Shown here one piece after another: positions 63,635 through 64,000 of a stretch of 64,000 nucleotides of DNA. The stretch spans positions 26,598,001-26,662,000 of the forward strand of contig OX597826.1 in the NCBI GenBank assembly GCA_951406725.2. Reading direction: 5' to 3'. The notes under the pieces were generated by a model. The model worked only from the letters and a program-made list of their open reading frames with translations, ran no database searches and had not been told where the DNA came from. The translations under genes were made by a program, and so were the position numbers. The stretch comes from Octopus vulgaris. Its lineage: Eukaryota. Each line of letters starts with the position of its first letter. Within the stretch, counting starts at the first letter, position 1.

Positions 63635-64000
63635 CAGTACCTGTTCTTGTCAATGTTTTTGCCTCAGCTTTTCGCAAATGATTTTACGTTTGGTTTCTGA
63701 AGTCATTTTTTAAACTTCATCATTCAATTTCTTCCTGCGATCTAATTTTGGTTGGCATCTTCTCATTTCAGCATTTCTGCAAAACTATTACCATTTCTTT
63801 TCATCGTTCTATAATGTCTTGATATTTACTGTAGACCGTTCGTCGAGACACCAGCAGTCAAACAATATCACAATAAATAGTTACTTCCTTGTACTGTATG
63901 CTAACTTTTATCTAATCACGTAACAAACAGCAGTTAATCAGTAAAGACTAAAAAAAAGAGTAATTAATGTGTGACATCACTAACCGATTACATATTTCCT

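Overview
This is AT-rich, microsatellite-saturated, non-genic animal DNA. The SINE/LINE families look like Octopus (cephalopod), judged from memory rather than a database search. No host protein-coding gene is supportable; nearly all listed ORFs are translations of simple repeats. The window is a nested mosaic of transposable elements: RTE LINEs (one young 552-aa RT ORF), CR1-like LINEs, R4/Dong LINEs in (TAA)n, Tx1/L1-like ORF1-only elements, two Penelope-like elements (PLEs), Tc1/mariner relics, non-autonomous Helitrons, a fold-back element, a ~1 kb local duplication and at least four tRNA-derived SINE families. The strongest hidden signal is a set of about seven minimal type-I hammerhead ribozyme motifs. 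One is essentially intact (25755-25843) and one has a compensatory A3-U8 core (43052-43086). Two lie in a head-to-head dimer of a tRNA-headed element (27790-28338) that looks like a Pol III SINE carrying a Penelope-type hammerhead tail. Different SINE families appear to borrow their 3' tails from different autonomous partners also present in this window.
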